A stretch of DNA of 64,000 nucleotides from Octopus vulgaris (GCA_951406725.2 OX597816.1:102238001-102302000), one strand, 5' to 3'; counted from the stretch's first letter, positions 25,647 through 40,804 are shown. Translations and numbers: made by a program. Notes: generated by a model from the letters alone, not told the origin.

Positions 25647-25928
25647 ATATTTACCCTGAAGGTCTGAGTACAAACCTGATTAAAATACTGTCCAGTCAAA
25701 TCCATTGGCCAATCAAAAGGCTCAGATATTTCTTCCCAAATATGTCGTTGTGGAAATGTTAGAAATCAATTTATAATCTGTTGATGAATTCGTAGGCGGC
25801 GACTACGGTGCCTACAATATTCTCTGGTTTCTTTTTTAATAGTATTTATTCCATGATAAATGAGAAAATTTTGGTAACCGCTGTATCACTCTTCCTTCAT
25901 TTTTTGGCTGAAATAGACTCTGCAAATG

Positions 25929-25968
<40 letters not shown>

Positions 25969-25983
25969 CATTGTAACTGAGAA

Positions 25984-26071
<88 letters not shown>

Positions 26072-27137
26072 CCCAGTACTTAACTGGGACTTTATCGATC
26101 TTCGAAGAGTCAGAGCCAGCTTAACCTCGGAAGGGTTTAAATTCAGAACGCAAAGAGTAAGGGCACTTCGTAAGGCATTTGACCGATGTTTTAACGATTC
26201 TAATACCACATTAGTCGGTCGAGTACATTGATCTTTTAAATAAGTATATATATACACAGATTGATATCCATATGTTTTATGTCACTGTGAAATTAGGCCT
26301 CGTGATCAAACTACACTACTTTTTTTTTCAGCAACTTGAAATATGAATCAAACTAAATTCTCTGTTTTTGCGGCTCATCAGAACTCACCCGCCTCTCCCT
26401 TCGAAGCTGCTCAGAGTTAAGAGCAAGAAGCAAATTTATTAAAATGTAAGCAAGATTGAGTCAGGCACAAGTGTATCAGTTAAAAGCACGAAATTGTTGG
26501 CCTGATCTTAAACTACTAATAGTAGCTTGAGAATGTAAGTTTGTATGCGTGAATAAGTATGTTAACTCTGAAGAGCTTAACTGTAGATGGAACCATGAAA
26601 ATGGCTCAAACGAAGCTAAAGATCCAATTCCTGGTCTCAGCAGTGCTAGTGATTGACCTGTATAACTGCGGTGCAGGTTAGAGATGAAGGTGGACTGTGT
26701 GGGAAAGTTCCAGAAATCTGTATGAAGAACTGAAAGTATAAAGTTTAAGGGTGACAGTAAGAGATGAGACACTCTGCGTGTATGTGTGCGTGGGTGCGAG
26801 TGTATGGGTGTGTATGTGTGAGTGTGTGTTTGAAACTGAAGTAGGATGAGGAGTGAAATAAGTGCACAGAGTGGGTTTTAGTAGGTGGTGGTGAGGAAGC
26901 GTGTGGGGTGGCGATATAGAGTTAGCAAGTTGTTTCAACCGTTCTCCTATTAGAAACTGGTCCTTTGTTTCTGTCTGTCTGTCTGTCTATGTGTTTGTCA
27001 GTTTGTCTCGCCTTGTCTGGCGAATGAAACGAGATCCTTAGCTTCACAGCGTTGCCTAATTACAGAGAAGGTTCGAGAGAAAATGTACACCCGAACACTG
27101 ATTGCAAGAAAAACAGTTCGAATAGCGTTGGCGCCAT

Positions 27138-28640
<1,503 letters not shown>

Positions 28641-28967
28641 TTCATCTTCCGTAAAGCTGTAATAGCACCCATCGGTGCCATATTAATGCAAAAGCAAAAT
28701 AATTATCGGTAACAAGATCTTAACCAAAGAATTTGTACTTAAAATTCCGCCCTAAGTAGATTCTTCGTTTCTTTTTGTCTATTTATATATATATATATAT
28801 TTTACTGTAGTTTATTCCTCTTTCTTTTTTTCTATTTCTTTCAAAAACAAAAAACAAACAAAAGCTTCATACTATATAATTCTGAAATGATTAAAATCTT
28901 TTATTTGTATACATATTCATGTATATATATGCGTGTGTGTATGTATGTATGTATGTATGTATGTGTG

Positions 28968-29075
<108 letters not shown>

Positions 29076-29140
29076 TGTTTTCAGGATTAAATAAAAAGCC
29101 AACAAACGGAATATTTACATACATAGATACGTACACACAT

Positions 29141-29171
<31 letters not shown>

Positions 29172-29559
29172 CGCATATATATATATATATACATACACAC
29201 ATATATATACATATATACATACACACATATATATACATATATACATGCACACACACACACAAACATACACATATGTATATGAACCCGCACATACAAGCAC
29301 ATTAAATGTTATGCATTATGTATATATTATAACATGTATATACGAACTAAATTCTATATTCCTTTTGTGTATAAAATAACTGTCATAACTGAGAAGTGTC
29401 ATAACCCAATTGGAGGTCATATCTCAAAAGAGTCGTAACTTTATTTCTCACTCACTTTTTTCTGATAATCTTCGCCCTTAAACAGGCGCGCACGCGCGTA
29501 CACACACATACACCAGAACTAATGCAATGGCTATCTTAAAAGTTTAAATATATATATAT

Positions 29560-29779
29560 TCTTTTATTCTTTTACTTTTTTCAGTCATTTGACTGCAGCC
29601 ATGCTGGAGCACCACCTTAAATGGTTTTAGTCGAAGAAATCGACCCCCAGGACTTATTCTTTGTAAGCCTATTCTATCGGTATGCTTTGCCGAACCGCTA
29701 AATTACAGGGACATGAACACACCAGTATCGGTTGCCAAGCGATGGCAGTGGGGGAACAAACACGCTCACGCACACAAAA

Positions 29780-29822
<43 letters not shown>

Positions 29823-29996
29823 TTATACACACGACGGGCCTCTTTCAGTTTCTGTCTACTAAATCCACTCATAAAGCTTTGGTCAGTCCGAGACTATAGT
29901 AGAAGACACTTATCCAAGGTGTCACGCAGTGAGGACTGAACCCGGAACCATGTGGTTGTGAAGCAAGCTTCATACCACACAGCCACGTCTGCGCCT
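29560..29996 (-). mobile_element. Family A SINE, full length
   Basis: Colinear with 14931-15341. Confidence 0.9.
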
Positions 29997-30000
29997 ATAT

Positions 30001-30118
30001 ATTAATCTTTAGCAGAAGCAATAGAGTGAGGTAAGGGCCAAGAGTTTGAGTTTGGTTCTTTCAGCATTTATCAAAACTCTTGAAAAATGCAACTATGTTG
30101 CTTCTGCTAAAGATTAAT
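30001..30118. repeat. Short palindromic derivative of the 7770-8039 element
   Basis: attaatctttagcagaagcaa (30001-30021) / ttgcttctgctaaagattaat (30098-30118); left part matches tttagcagaagtaacagagtgac; minus strand agagtt-TTGATAA. Confidence 0.65.
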
Positions 30119-30131
30119 AATAATAATAATG

Positions 30132-30207
<76 letters not shown>

Positions 30208-30210
<3 letters not shown>

Positions 30211-32408
30211 CATATGCATTCATATGTTATGCATTCATGGAGAAGAACGATATTTTCCCCATTGAACAAAAAGGGTGCCGCCGAGGCTCATACGGATGCA
30301 AAGATCAACTGCTAATTAATCGTATGATCCTTGAGAACTGTCACAACAAGCGCAGAAATCTCAGCTCCACATGGATTGACTATAAAAAGGCCTTCGATAG
30401 TATACCGCATTCATGGATCTTGAAATCGCTGGACATCTTCAAAATTTCCCCTGTGATTTCAAGCTTCCTGAAGCATAATAAGTCGTTGTGGAATACGAAT
30501 CTCCAATTATACCACTCTAATGGAGTACTTGCCTCAGAGAATATAGACATCAACTGTGACATTTTTCAAGGTGACTCACTTTCACCTCTAATATTCTGCA
30601 TAGCCCTAATACCCCTTACAAGTGAATTAAACAGAACAGGGTATGGGTATAAAATAGTCAATAAAAAATAAGCCATCTATTTTATATGGATGACTTAAAA
30701 CTCTATGGTAAAGACGATAATGAACTTGAAGGCCTATTGCGCACTGTGAAAGCATTCAGTGATGACATCGGGATGGTGTTTGGGCTTGAGAAGTGTGCCA
30801 AGGCCACTTTCCAGAAAGGGAAAGTGAAGACCACAAATTCAGTCGTGTTAGATGTTGACACAGTCATAAGGGAGCTTGAGCAAGAACAAATCTACAAATA
30901 TTTAGGGATAAATGAAGGCTCTGGTATTCAGCATGCAAGCATGAAAGAGAAGATCAGGAAGGAATGTTATAGGAGAGTTCGAGCAGTCCTGAAATCTGAA
31001 CTAAATGCACGTAACAAGGTGTTAGCTATAAATTCCTTAGCAGTTCCAGTTGTTACTTATAGCTACAATGTGTTGAACTGGAATATGAGTGAAGTAAAGA
31101 AAATAGATAGGAAAATACGCAAGCTGCTGAGTTGTAATAGGATGCACCACCCAAAGGCAGACGTAGATCGCCTTTACCTCCTCAGAGCCCAAGGAGGTCG
31201 AGGCCTGATCCAATTTGAACTAGCTTACAAAACAACCACAATTGGACTGGCCAAATATCTTGAAATAACGAATGACTGGATGCTAAAGCTCGTGGAAAAT
31301 CACGAGAGACGAAAGAATCTTCATTCTATCATAAAGGAAAGCAAAAAATTTGCTATTGATCTCGTGCAGGATACCCAAACTGAACAACCCGAGGGAAGTA
31401 CGGCAACTATTGTTGCAAAGAAGGTGAAAATAATGGCAACGAAAAAAGCGCACGAGCAATTGGCTGATAGGTGGGAGGAGAAACCTCTGCACGGCAAATA
31501 TGTGTCCCGTAGCAAACAAGCTGATGTTGACCAGAAGCAAACCCATCAGTGGCTACGGAGCTCAGGGCTAAAAGCAGAGAGTGAAGGTTTCATCCTGGCT
31601 GCTCAATATCAAAGCCTATTAACCCGGAACTACCAGGCCAATGTGATGAAAAATGGAGCAGACCCAAAATGCCGATTCTGCAACGACATGATTGAAACAG
31701 TGGACCACCTAATCTCTGGATGTAAAGTCTTAACACCAGTGGAGTATAAATTAAGACATGACAGAGTTGGCCAATATCTACACTGGCTAATAAGTCGGCA
31801 TTACAATATCAAAACTGCCGACAAGTGGTATAATCACCACCCTGAAGCTGTAACTGAAGGAGAAAATGTAACGATTCTGTGGGACATTCCAGTACATACA
31901 GACCGAACCATCAAAGCTAATAAACCGGATATTGTTGTGAAAGACCAAAACAATAAAGTTTGCTTATTGATCGACATGTGATCATAATATCTCGGTGAAA
32001 GAATTTGACAAGCTCAGAAAATATAAAGACCTGCTCATTGAAATTGAGAAAATGTGGCATCTCAAGGCGGTTACAATACCAGTGATCGTAGGAGCACTAG
32101 GAATGATCAGGGAGGGAACCGAAAATTATATGAGATTGATCCCTGGCTTACCATCCCTGCAAGAAGTGCAAAAGATTGTCTTAACTGGTACATCACACGT
32201 ATTGAGAAGAGCATTGTCGATGTGAGAACTATTACTACCCATGTATTTTAATTTAACTTTATTTCTATCAAAAAAGAAAAAAAAATGAACGAACTAGTGA
32301 GTTTAGTTTAATGGCCTACCAATGTATACTATGAGTTTCTTTGCCCTAGGAGTCGGGAAGACACTCGGCAAGAAATGGAAGCAAATTTGAAAGAAGAAGA
32401 AAACCCCA
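30208..32408 (+). mobile_element. R4/Dong-type RLE non-LTR retrotransposon, 5'-truncated, in (TAA)n
   Basis: QKGCRRGSYGCKDQLL, WIDYKKAFDSIPH, IFQGDSLSP, YMDDLKLY, YKYLG, CRFC..DHLISGC knuckle, RHDRV, NKPDIVV..LIDM; (TAA)n at 30116-30207 and 32408-32440; two frameshifts. Confidence 0.95.
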
Positions 32409-32410
32409 TA

Positions 32411-32441
<31 letters not shown>

Positions 32442-32516
32442 TACATATTAAAGCACGATTTATTCATGATCAGAGATTTTCGAAAACCGAGGTACTACTG
32501 TATATACATACATACA

Positions 32517-32566
<50 letters not shown>

Positions 32567-33462
32567 CATACACACACATGAGTGCGCGCGAGACGACTTG
32601 CCTTATTTTCATTAATTTGTGAATATACTATTGTATTGCATAATGCTGAGGAAACATATTGATGCAAATATGTACGAATAATTTTTGAATAATAAAATTG
32701 ATATTACAAGATAAAAGTTACGAAACGGCTGTAATCATATGGCGGTCATATGGAAAAATGAATTTATCTTTACCTCTCACATTTCCTGACTTTATACTTT
32801 GCATCCTCCATGCTGAGAAATTTAACGCTCATATTTTCTGGATTTTCAGTTACATTATGTAACAATGCATTGTAATTGACTACTACGTGGACTGATAGCC
32901 GTCTCCGGACGAGGAGCTTACTGTGATAACTGCATAATTCTCTGAATTCATATTTGATACTCTTATATTTATTGACCTCGAAGTTTGGGCTTCCTTTCAT
33001 CAAACTGTTGAACGCAAGCAAACCGAAACTCGGAAACTATTGTCAACCTTTTCTATGTAAAAGTTAACACACACACATACACACACACATACGCACACAC
33101 ACACATGTATGTACACACATACACATACATGTGTGTGTGTGTGTGTATGTGTATTCATTTGCTTTTTGTGAACAATGGCATTGACGTTGGATATCATGTT
33201 TTAATGAGATAATCACTAATCCCCTGTTTACTGATTTCTGATGGCAAAGGCAACGAAGTGAGTATTTGTGAAACACGGGTGGAATAAATATCACAATGTA
33301 TGTTTGGTCCATGCACCAGTTTATCAACAATTTCCTCGCCTATGATTGCGTCTTTCGCAGACACACTTACACGCAGACAGACACAGACTCAAACACACTC
33401 ACACATGCATACACACATACAGATAGTTTTCGATCAGATCATCGTAATAATCCTGTATAAGG

Positions 33463-33850
33463 AAGTGGAGGCGCAATGGCCCAGTGGTTAGGGCAGCGGA
33501 CTCGCGGTCATAGGATCGCGGTTTCGATTCCCAGACCGGGCGTTGTGAGTGTTTATTGAGCGAAAACACCTAAAAGCTCCACGAGTCTCCGGCAGGGGAT
33601 GGTGGTGATTCCTGCTGTACTCTTTCACCACAACTTTCTCTCGCTCTTACTTCCTGTTTCTGTTGTACCTGTACTTCAAAGGACCGGCCTTGTCACTCTC
33701 TTTGTCACGCTGAATATCCCCGAGAACTACGTTAAGGTTACACGTGTCTGTGGAGTGCTCAGCCACTTACACGTTAATTTCACGAGCAGGCTGTTCCGTT
33801 GATTCGGATCAACCGGAACCCTCGTCGTCGGAACCGACGGAGTGCTTCCA
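33463..33850 (+). mobile_element. tRNA-derived SINE (family D, 388 bp) with 11-bp TSD
   Basis: A box tggcccagtgg, B box ggtttcgattccc; TSD cctgtataagg at 33452-33462 and 33851-33861; degraded minus-strand tail copy at ~11890-12060. Confidence 0.92.
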
Positions 33851-34178
33851 CCTGTATAAGGTACGACTCAATGATGCAGTCAGAGCAAGGATACTTGGTG
33901 CTTATTGTCACATATCAGAGCAAGATGTTATGACTCCCTTTCCCTCATCATCACATACATGATGCATGCAAATCTTCTGAGGTTACTCCAGCTGTAAAAG
34001 GAAGGAAACCGATTATGACGGTGTTCTTTTCATTACCTTAAAACTGTGTATTCCTAAGCTAGTTCTTCTCCCATTTTCTTTTAGGACGACGAATCTCATT
34101 CTATAGAAAAGCGTAAGAGTATCCAATATTATTAAAAAGAGCAATCTCTTGTTTGTTGTTGCTGTTACAGTCGTTATT

Positions 34179-34209
<31 letters not shown>

Positions 34210-36039
34210 AATATATTTTGTGAACCTCACGGTTGTTGATTAAGATTCTTGACTTTCAGACTTACTGCGTTTAATGAGCTAGTGTATCTTATATGGTACC
34301 TAGTCGGGGTCATCACTATTAAACTGATTTCTAATACGAGGCGAAGAGTTAGGGGCTTGCTTCGCCTTTGCCACTGTTCGCCTGATACAGTAGTACTTCC
34401 AGAAACCACCCATAATACCATAACCATTTTTCTTAAGCTACACCAGCACATTATCCCTGCCAGGCCACGTATCTCCTTAAAGACTACTGTAATTAATACC
34501 ACTACTGCGTTTAGTTATTTCTTCTAAGTGGCCTGACAATGTCCTTTTAATTTGTCACGTCTGCAACATCATTCAGTTCCTTTCCTAAGGATGTAAATTA
34601 ACTTAAGAAATAATTTCTTCAAATCATTTCCCCTTTCCTCTGAAAGTTACAAATAATTGTCGCTAGGTTTCTGCTGTTCTTCTTCGGCTGAAATGGGTAA
34701 CATTCTGCATATTAATTATTTACTGTACGCGACATTCCGTACATCACTTTCTGACTTAAAGCTATACTCTGCAAACTGTTGAATCACTCATCCATTATAC
34801 AGAGCTCTTACAGCTTCTGACAGCAAATCGCACGCATGTATTTACTTCAGGAATGATTTATTCATGTTACCGGCTGAGCCCCAACCTTCTTATAGGTCCT
34901 GAATTGAAGGCTGCTAATCAGTTGTATGCTTCTATTTTGGGTGCCCGGCCTACATTGCTCTCCCCTCCCGCTCTATCCCCCTCTCCCCTCCCCCTCTATC
35001 CCCCTCTCCCCTCCCCCTCTATCCCCCTCTCCCCTCTCTCCCTCCCTTCCCCCTCTCTCTCTCACACACATACATATTAGAAGCAGCTCTAGAGAAAAAA
35101 AAGCTTTATCTATATAATATACATAATGTATGTGTAATGTTCAAAAGCCAGAAGCTGCCATATTTTATATATTTCAGACTGACCTACTCGGCCTCGTTTC
35201 GGAAGTGACATGAGTACGTGACACTGACAAGCCGCAAAAACAGCGAAATACGCATCTGTCGTTCTCGCAGTCACTTCGTTTCGCCCAGTTCTGAAGTATA
35301 TTGTGTTTTTTTTAAAAATACAATACGTGTATAAAGAGATTTTTTCTGAACTAAAATTGCAGCGCCTGCTTTTTCAATGAAGCACATATATTAAGTACGT
35401 TATACATATAGGAATGTTTTGACTGAGGAAGGTACACTATAAGAAATTTTTCTTACATAATTACTCGAAACATATGTATTAAACGCATTCAAAATATCAG
35501 CATTTAGTTTTATATTTATTACATATTATACGACTTGACGCCATTACAATCCAGTCTGTCCTTGTTTCGCTTACACGGTTAATGTAACAAGGATTTAGGA
35601 GTGGAATGTATTACTGGGCTTGAGTCAAAAATGTTTGGTAGAGTGTATGGCATCAAAGCATAACTGTGCGTGTGGGTGTGTTTGGTGTGTTGTGAGTTTC
35701 TAATCCAGTGATCGATATTGCGACGCGTTTTGGGAGAAAGATAGTCGAAATAACTCTTCCAATCCTTGTGTGCCTAGAAGATATTCTAATTAAGATATGG
35801 TTTAATAACATGTGTCGTAGTGCAATGCGGTGCTCCAGTGTTCTGCAAACCTTTTGTTATCATGCCTTCCCCACACCTTCTCTTCTACAATATCTTACTT
35901 CTAATATTACAGTCCTCTTCCTCAAAATGAACTCGTGCAGTAATAGTTCATAAGAGTTTTAAATACATACCCACCTATTCCTCCCCAAAAGATCTAATAT
36001 ATTCCAGTGGCGTCAAAGCAACCCCGATTATGAAAGGGG

Positions 36040-37200
36040 GTAGGGAGGGAGTGCGAAAGGAAAAGAGAATGAGAGGGAGAGAGTGTAAAAGGGAAAAGGC
36101 GAGAAGTATAGGGAGAAGTATAGAGAGAAGAGAGTAAGTGCAGTAAGAGAGAAGAATGGAGAATGTAGAAGTGTTGAAAGAGAGAAGGGAAGAGATGAAG
36201 GGAGAGGTTTAAGGATGCGAAGATAAAAGAAAGGGTATAGGGTTAGAGAGAGAGAAGGGGAGAATTTTTAGAGAGGTATTTATAGGAAAGAGAAGGTATA
36301 TAGAGATGTTGAAGAATAAAAGTAAAAGAGAGGTGATTTAAGGGATAGAGAGAGGAGGGGGTGAATTAGAGATTGGGTGGGAAGAGAGAGAGAGAGGAGA
36401 GGAGAGAAAGAGAAAGGAAGAAAGAAAGAAAGAGAAAAAGGAAGACAGAGAGAGCAGGAGAGAGAGGAAGGGAGAGAAAGAGAAAGGAAGAAAGCGAGAG
36501 AGGGAGAGGGCAGGAGAGAGAGAAGGGGAGAGAAAGAGAAAAGAAGAGAGAAAAGAAGAAAGAGAGAGGGAGAGAGAGCAGGAGAGAGAGAGAGCGCGGG
36601 AGAGAGAGGAAGGGAGAGAAAGAAGAAAGAAACAAAGAGAGAGAGAAAGGAAGAAAAAGAGGGGAAAAAGCGGGAGATAGAGGAGGGGAGAGAAAGAGAA
36701 AGGAAGGAAGAGAGAGAGAGAGCGGGAGACAGAGGAAAGGAGAGAAAGAAAGAGAGAAAGGAAGAAAGAGAGTGGGAAAAGCGGGAGATAGAGAGAAGAG
36801 AAAGAGAAATGAAGAAAAAGGGAGAGAGAGCGGGAAAGAGAGGAGGGGAGAGAAAGAGAAAGGAAAAAAGAAAGAGAGAGGGAGAGAGCGCGCGGGAGAG
36901 AGAGGAGGGGAGAGAAAGAGAAAGGAAGAAAGAGAGAGAGAGGAAGAAAGTGAGAGAGGGAGAGAGAGTGTGGGAGAGAGGAGGGGAGAGAAAGAGAAAG
37001 GAAAAAGAAAGACAGAAAGAGAAAGGAAGAAAGAGAGAGAGAGAGAGAGCGAGCAGGAGAGAGAGAGAGAGAAAGAGAAAGGAGGAAAGAGAGAGGGAGA
37101 GAGAAAGAAAGGAGATAGATAAATAGAAAGATATATATATATATATATATATATAGATAGAGAGAAAGAGAACGACTGAGAGTGAAGAGAAGGACATGAG
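36040..37200 (+). repeat. ~1.1-kb purine-rich (GA) low-complexity tract with degenerate units
   Basis: Near-pure A/G; recurring gagaggaggggagagaaagagaaaggaa; explains the 250-360 aa S/L/F and R/E/K ORFs. Confidence 0.95.
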
Positions 37201-37595
37201 TTCGGGAGAGTGAAAAAGATGAAGTGCTGTAAATGAGCAAGCAGTTCAAGTAGTGTTTGTGCTGGTGACAATGGATGAAGCCCCTTACAACAGCAATCAG
37301 TTAATAATTGGTCCTCAACTGTAATGTTAGACCAACTTACGAAGGCGCTCAAGCGACTCGAACAGGCAGCTGCTTCAGAGAAGTAGAGGGACGGTAGAAC
37401 ATCAATGACATTAGCTACAATCAGTAGCAGCAACAACAACAACAATCATCAACAGCAACAACAACAACAACAACAACGACAGGGACTAAAACAGCAATGA
37501 TGATAACATCAACAACAATAACAACTACTACAAGCAACAAAAGCAAATGAAATACAATGACAGTAACAGCAGCGACAACATCGGTATAATGATAT

Positions 37596-38230
37596 TCTTT
37601 TCTACTCTAGGTACAAGGCCCGAAATTTTTAGGGGGGGGGGGCAGTCTATTAGATCGACCCTGGTACGCAACTGGTACTTAATTTATCGACCCCGAAATA
37701 ATGAAAGGCGAAGTCGACCTCGGCGGAATTTGAACTCAGAACGTAGCGGCAGATTAAATACCTATTTCTTTACTACCCACAAGGGGCTAAACACAGAGGG
37801 GACAAACAAGGACAGATAAACGGATTAAGTCGATTACATCGATCCCCAGTGCGTAACTGGTACTTAATTTATTGGCGGAGAGCTGGCAGAAATGTTAGCA
37901 CGTCGGGCGAAATGCTTGGCGGTATTTCGTCTGCCGTTACGTTGTGAGTTCAAATTCCGCCGAGGTCGACTTTACCTTTCATCCTTTCGGGGTCGATAAA
38001 TTAAATACCAGTTTCGCACTGGGGTCGATGTAATCGACTTAATACCTGTGTCTGTCCTTGTTTGTCCCTTCTATGTGTAGCCCCTTGTGGGTAATAAAGA
38101 AATAGGTACTTAATTTATTGACCCCGAAAGGATGAAAAGCAAAGTCGATCTCGGCGGAATTTGAACTCAGAACGTAACGGCAGACGAAATCCCGCTAAGC
38201 ATTTCGCCCGGCGTGCTACTTCGCCGCCTT
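37596..38230. mobile_element. Nested/compound family B SINE cluster (two minus copies, one plus copy inside)
   Basis: Plus copy 37874-38104 is flanked by 15-bp TSD ggtacttaatttatt (37859-37873, 38105-38119) inside a minus copy 37761-38230, which abuts another minus copy 37596-37760. Confidence 0.88.
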
Positions 38231-38295
38231 ACACCGGTAATGATATTGACACCTCAATCAAGTCTAGCCATTCTGAAGATGACGGTGCAACTACA

Positions 38296-38494
38296 TCAGG
38301 CATGGGCAACCTTCCTCGAAAAACGGGCCGCACTACTATAGAGATTCAAAGTAATTTTTTACTTTCTAAAGTAGCTGCCTGTTCGTGTCGCTTGACCGCC
38401 TTCATAAGTTGGTCTAACATTACAATTGTTAACTGATTGCTATTGTAAGGGCTTCATTCAGAAAGTCCCGCGGGCCACGGTTTGCATGTGACTG
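38296..38494. mobile_element. hAT-like MITE, degraded
   Basis: caggcatgggcaacc ... ccgcgggccacggtttgcatgtgactg imperfect TIRs; interior also present inverted at ~37278-37372. Confidence 0.5.
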
Positions 38495-38884
38495 CTTCAC
38501 ATAGTTGCTGGAACTCTTAGAAAAAGCCACCAAAATCTCCTCAAATCACATCTTGCCTTCTAAAACAAAACAAAAAAAAAAACGCGTTGGAGAATGTTTC
38601 GAGTTCACTGCTCAAGAGATAAAAAGCGGGACGATCACGGCCAGAAAGCTTTTGATCACAGGTCCACTCGCTTAGGGTTAATTTGAAGCTCAACAACAAT
38701 AACAACAACTCTTCTAGCAGCAGCAGTAGTAGCAGCGGCAGCAGCACCACCACCACCACCACCATAAATTAAGTACCAGTTGCGTACTGGGGTCGATCTA
38801 ATAGACTGGCCCCCCCTCCCCAAAATTTCGGGCCTTGTGCCTAGAGTAGAAAAAAATATTGCCACTACCGTAACAACAACAATG

Positions 38885-38934
<50 letters not shown>

Positions 38935-39028
38935 CACTGCCACTTCCACCACCACCACCACCATCACCACCACCACCACCACCACCACCATCACCACCAC
39001 CATCACCACCACCATCACCACCAACACC

Positions 39029-39063
<35 letters not shown>

Positions 39064-39303
39064 CAAAGACAATAAAAGAAACAACGGCATGACGCGAGAG
39101 CTTCTACGTAGTCTTTCGATCTACTACAAATGGCAGTCAAATCATTCTCTAATGAAACCCTATATGCATATATAATTTGCCTTAAATAATGGATAATGCA
39201 GTCATAATTTCTCCAAAAGTACGGAATGATCACGCTTAGTGAAAACGCGTGTGTGGCGAGAGGTCGTTCAAGGCCCACAACAAGCTGGTGATAGGTTCTG
39301 CTC

Positions 39304-39753
39304 AGATGTCAAATACAGGCCGTATTTTTGTTGGTAATAGACCAAAGCTGAATGTGAAATATAGGCCACATTTTAACTAGTGACGGTCTAGACTACATGT
39401 GAAATATCGGCCATATTTCAGTTCACAATAGACTCAGGCTAGAGGGGAAATGTAGACCACATTCTACGTAGTAAGTAATTAATCAAGGATAAGTGTGAAA
39501 TGTAGGTTAGATTTTAGGTCGTAAGTAATCAGCCAAGGCTAGATGGCTGGATGTGAAATGTAGGCCCCATTTTAGATAGGAAGTAATCAAAGTTAAATGT
39601 GAAATGTAGGCCACATTTTAGGGAGTAAGTAATCAGTCAAAGCTAGATGTGAAATGTAAGTCGCATTTCAACTGGTTAGAGACCCAGGATAGATGTGAAA
39701 TTTAGGCTATATTTCATTTGGTAATAAGTGAAGGCTATATATGAAATGTAGGT
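39304..39753 (+). repeat. Diverged minisatellite, ~10 units of 45-60 bp with palindromic core
   Basis: Core atgtgaaatgtaggccacattt at ~39304, 39351, 39397, 39441, 39491, 39551, 39596, 39646, 39692, 39740. Confidence 0.85.
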
Positions 39754-39794
39754 GTTCTATATGCTCGTGTTTATCTATTGTCTTTTATCTTTTT

Positions 39795-40143
39795 TCGTGT
39801 TTCAGTCATTGTATTGCGGCCTTACTAGGGCACCTACTCGAAGGGTTTTAATTGTGCAAATATCGGCCCCAATGTTTATCTTTTTTTAAAGTTTGGCATT
39901 CATTTTATTGATTCCCTTTAACGAACTGCTGGAAGCTGGACCGTAAACAAACCAACACCGAATGCAAGCGGCTGAGGAGAGACAAACAAAGACACATACA
40001 TACACACATATACACAACGAGCTTCTACACAGTTTCCACTTTATAAATTCACTTACAAGACATTGACGCTGCATATTTGGACTGAACCCGAAACCACGCA
40101 GTTCCAAAGCGAGATTCCTAATCACGCAGCCATGCCTACGCCT
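39795..40143 (-). mobile_element. Family A SINE, degraded
   Basis: gtttcagtcattg..gcggcc..ggactgaacccgaaaccac..cagccatgcctacgcct. Confidence 0.75.
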
Positions 40144-40412
40144 ATTTTATGAAATAATAGTACACTTTGGGTGTTCATACGTTCAGACACGTTGTGGAAT
40201 GTAGGTTCCGTTTCAAACAACTCTAATTAGCATCAGAAATAAATACATATCATTAATGATGGATGGTTTGTGCCTACACACACACACATGCATGCAAGTA
40301 TACATATACGACGGGTGCTTTTGTTGGTCGGAGGTTATATGACACTTGCCCGAGATGTGCACAGTAGCAGTGAAACCAGAACCATAGCCACGCATGCACC
40401 AATATATATATA

Positions 40413-40760
40413 CATGGTAGGCGGAAAGTAACTAGGCATTAGAAATTGCTTATAGAATTTTTTGTGTCACTGAAGTCATGGTGTATAAGACAAAATTTCG
40501 CACACTGGAGGACTTGGAGACACGGAGACAGGAGGTTCTCCAATGATATCCCAGACGACGTTCTTCAGAAGGTTGCTCATTCCATCTCTGGCCGTTTAAG
40601 GAAACTGGTTTACACCACCGGTGCTTACGTTGAAATATGAAGATTTACTTTCATTTTCCCATGTAATAAAGAACAATTATCATTTGTTTCAATAAATTTG
40701 CGATAGGAATATGGATTTTATTACCATTTTTAATGCATACTTACTTTTCACTCACTCACC
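40413..40760 (+). mobile_element. Internally deleted Tc1/mariner-superfamily element keeping the transposase C-terminus
   Basis: Imperfect TIRs aaagtaactaggcattagaaattg / ccatttttaatgcatacttacttt; YKTKFRTLEDLETR..DIPDDVLQKVAHSISGRLRKLV..GAYVEI*. Confidence 0.6.
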
Positions 40761-40773
40761 CACTCTCTCTCTT

Positions 40774-40804
<31 letters not shown>

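Noticed and set aside
32770-33055. Possible minus-strand host exon (83-aa ORF with nearby AG/GT)
   Set aside because: All frames from the putative acceptor hit stops; no recognisable domain
33465-33540. tRNA gene
   Set aside because: A/B boxes belong to a SINE head with a 310-bp body and TSD; no proper acceptor stem. The same applies to the other SINE heads
34230-34800. Possible BEL/Pao integrase relic on minus strand (GRDNVLV*LKKNGYGIMGG)
   Set aside because: Only one short motif with many stops; needs a translated search
36280-37445. 250-360 aa ORFs
   Set aside because: GA-only tract lacks stop codons by composition
39304-39753. CRISPR array
   Set aside because: Degenerate repeats, mutually homologous spacers, eukaryotic context, no cas genes
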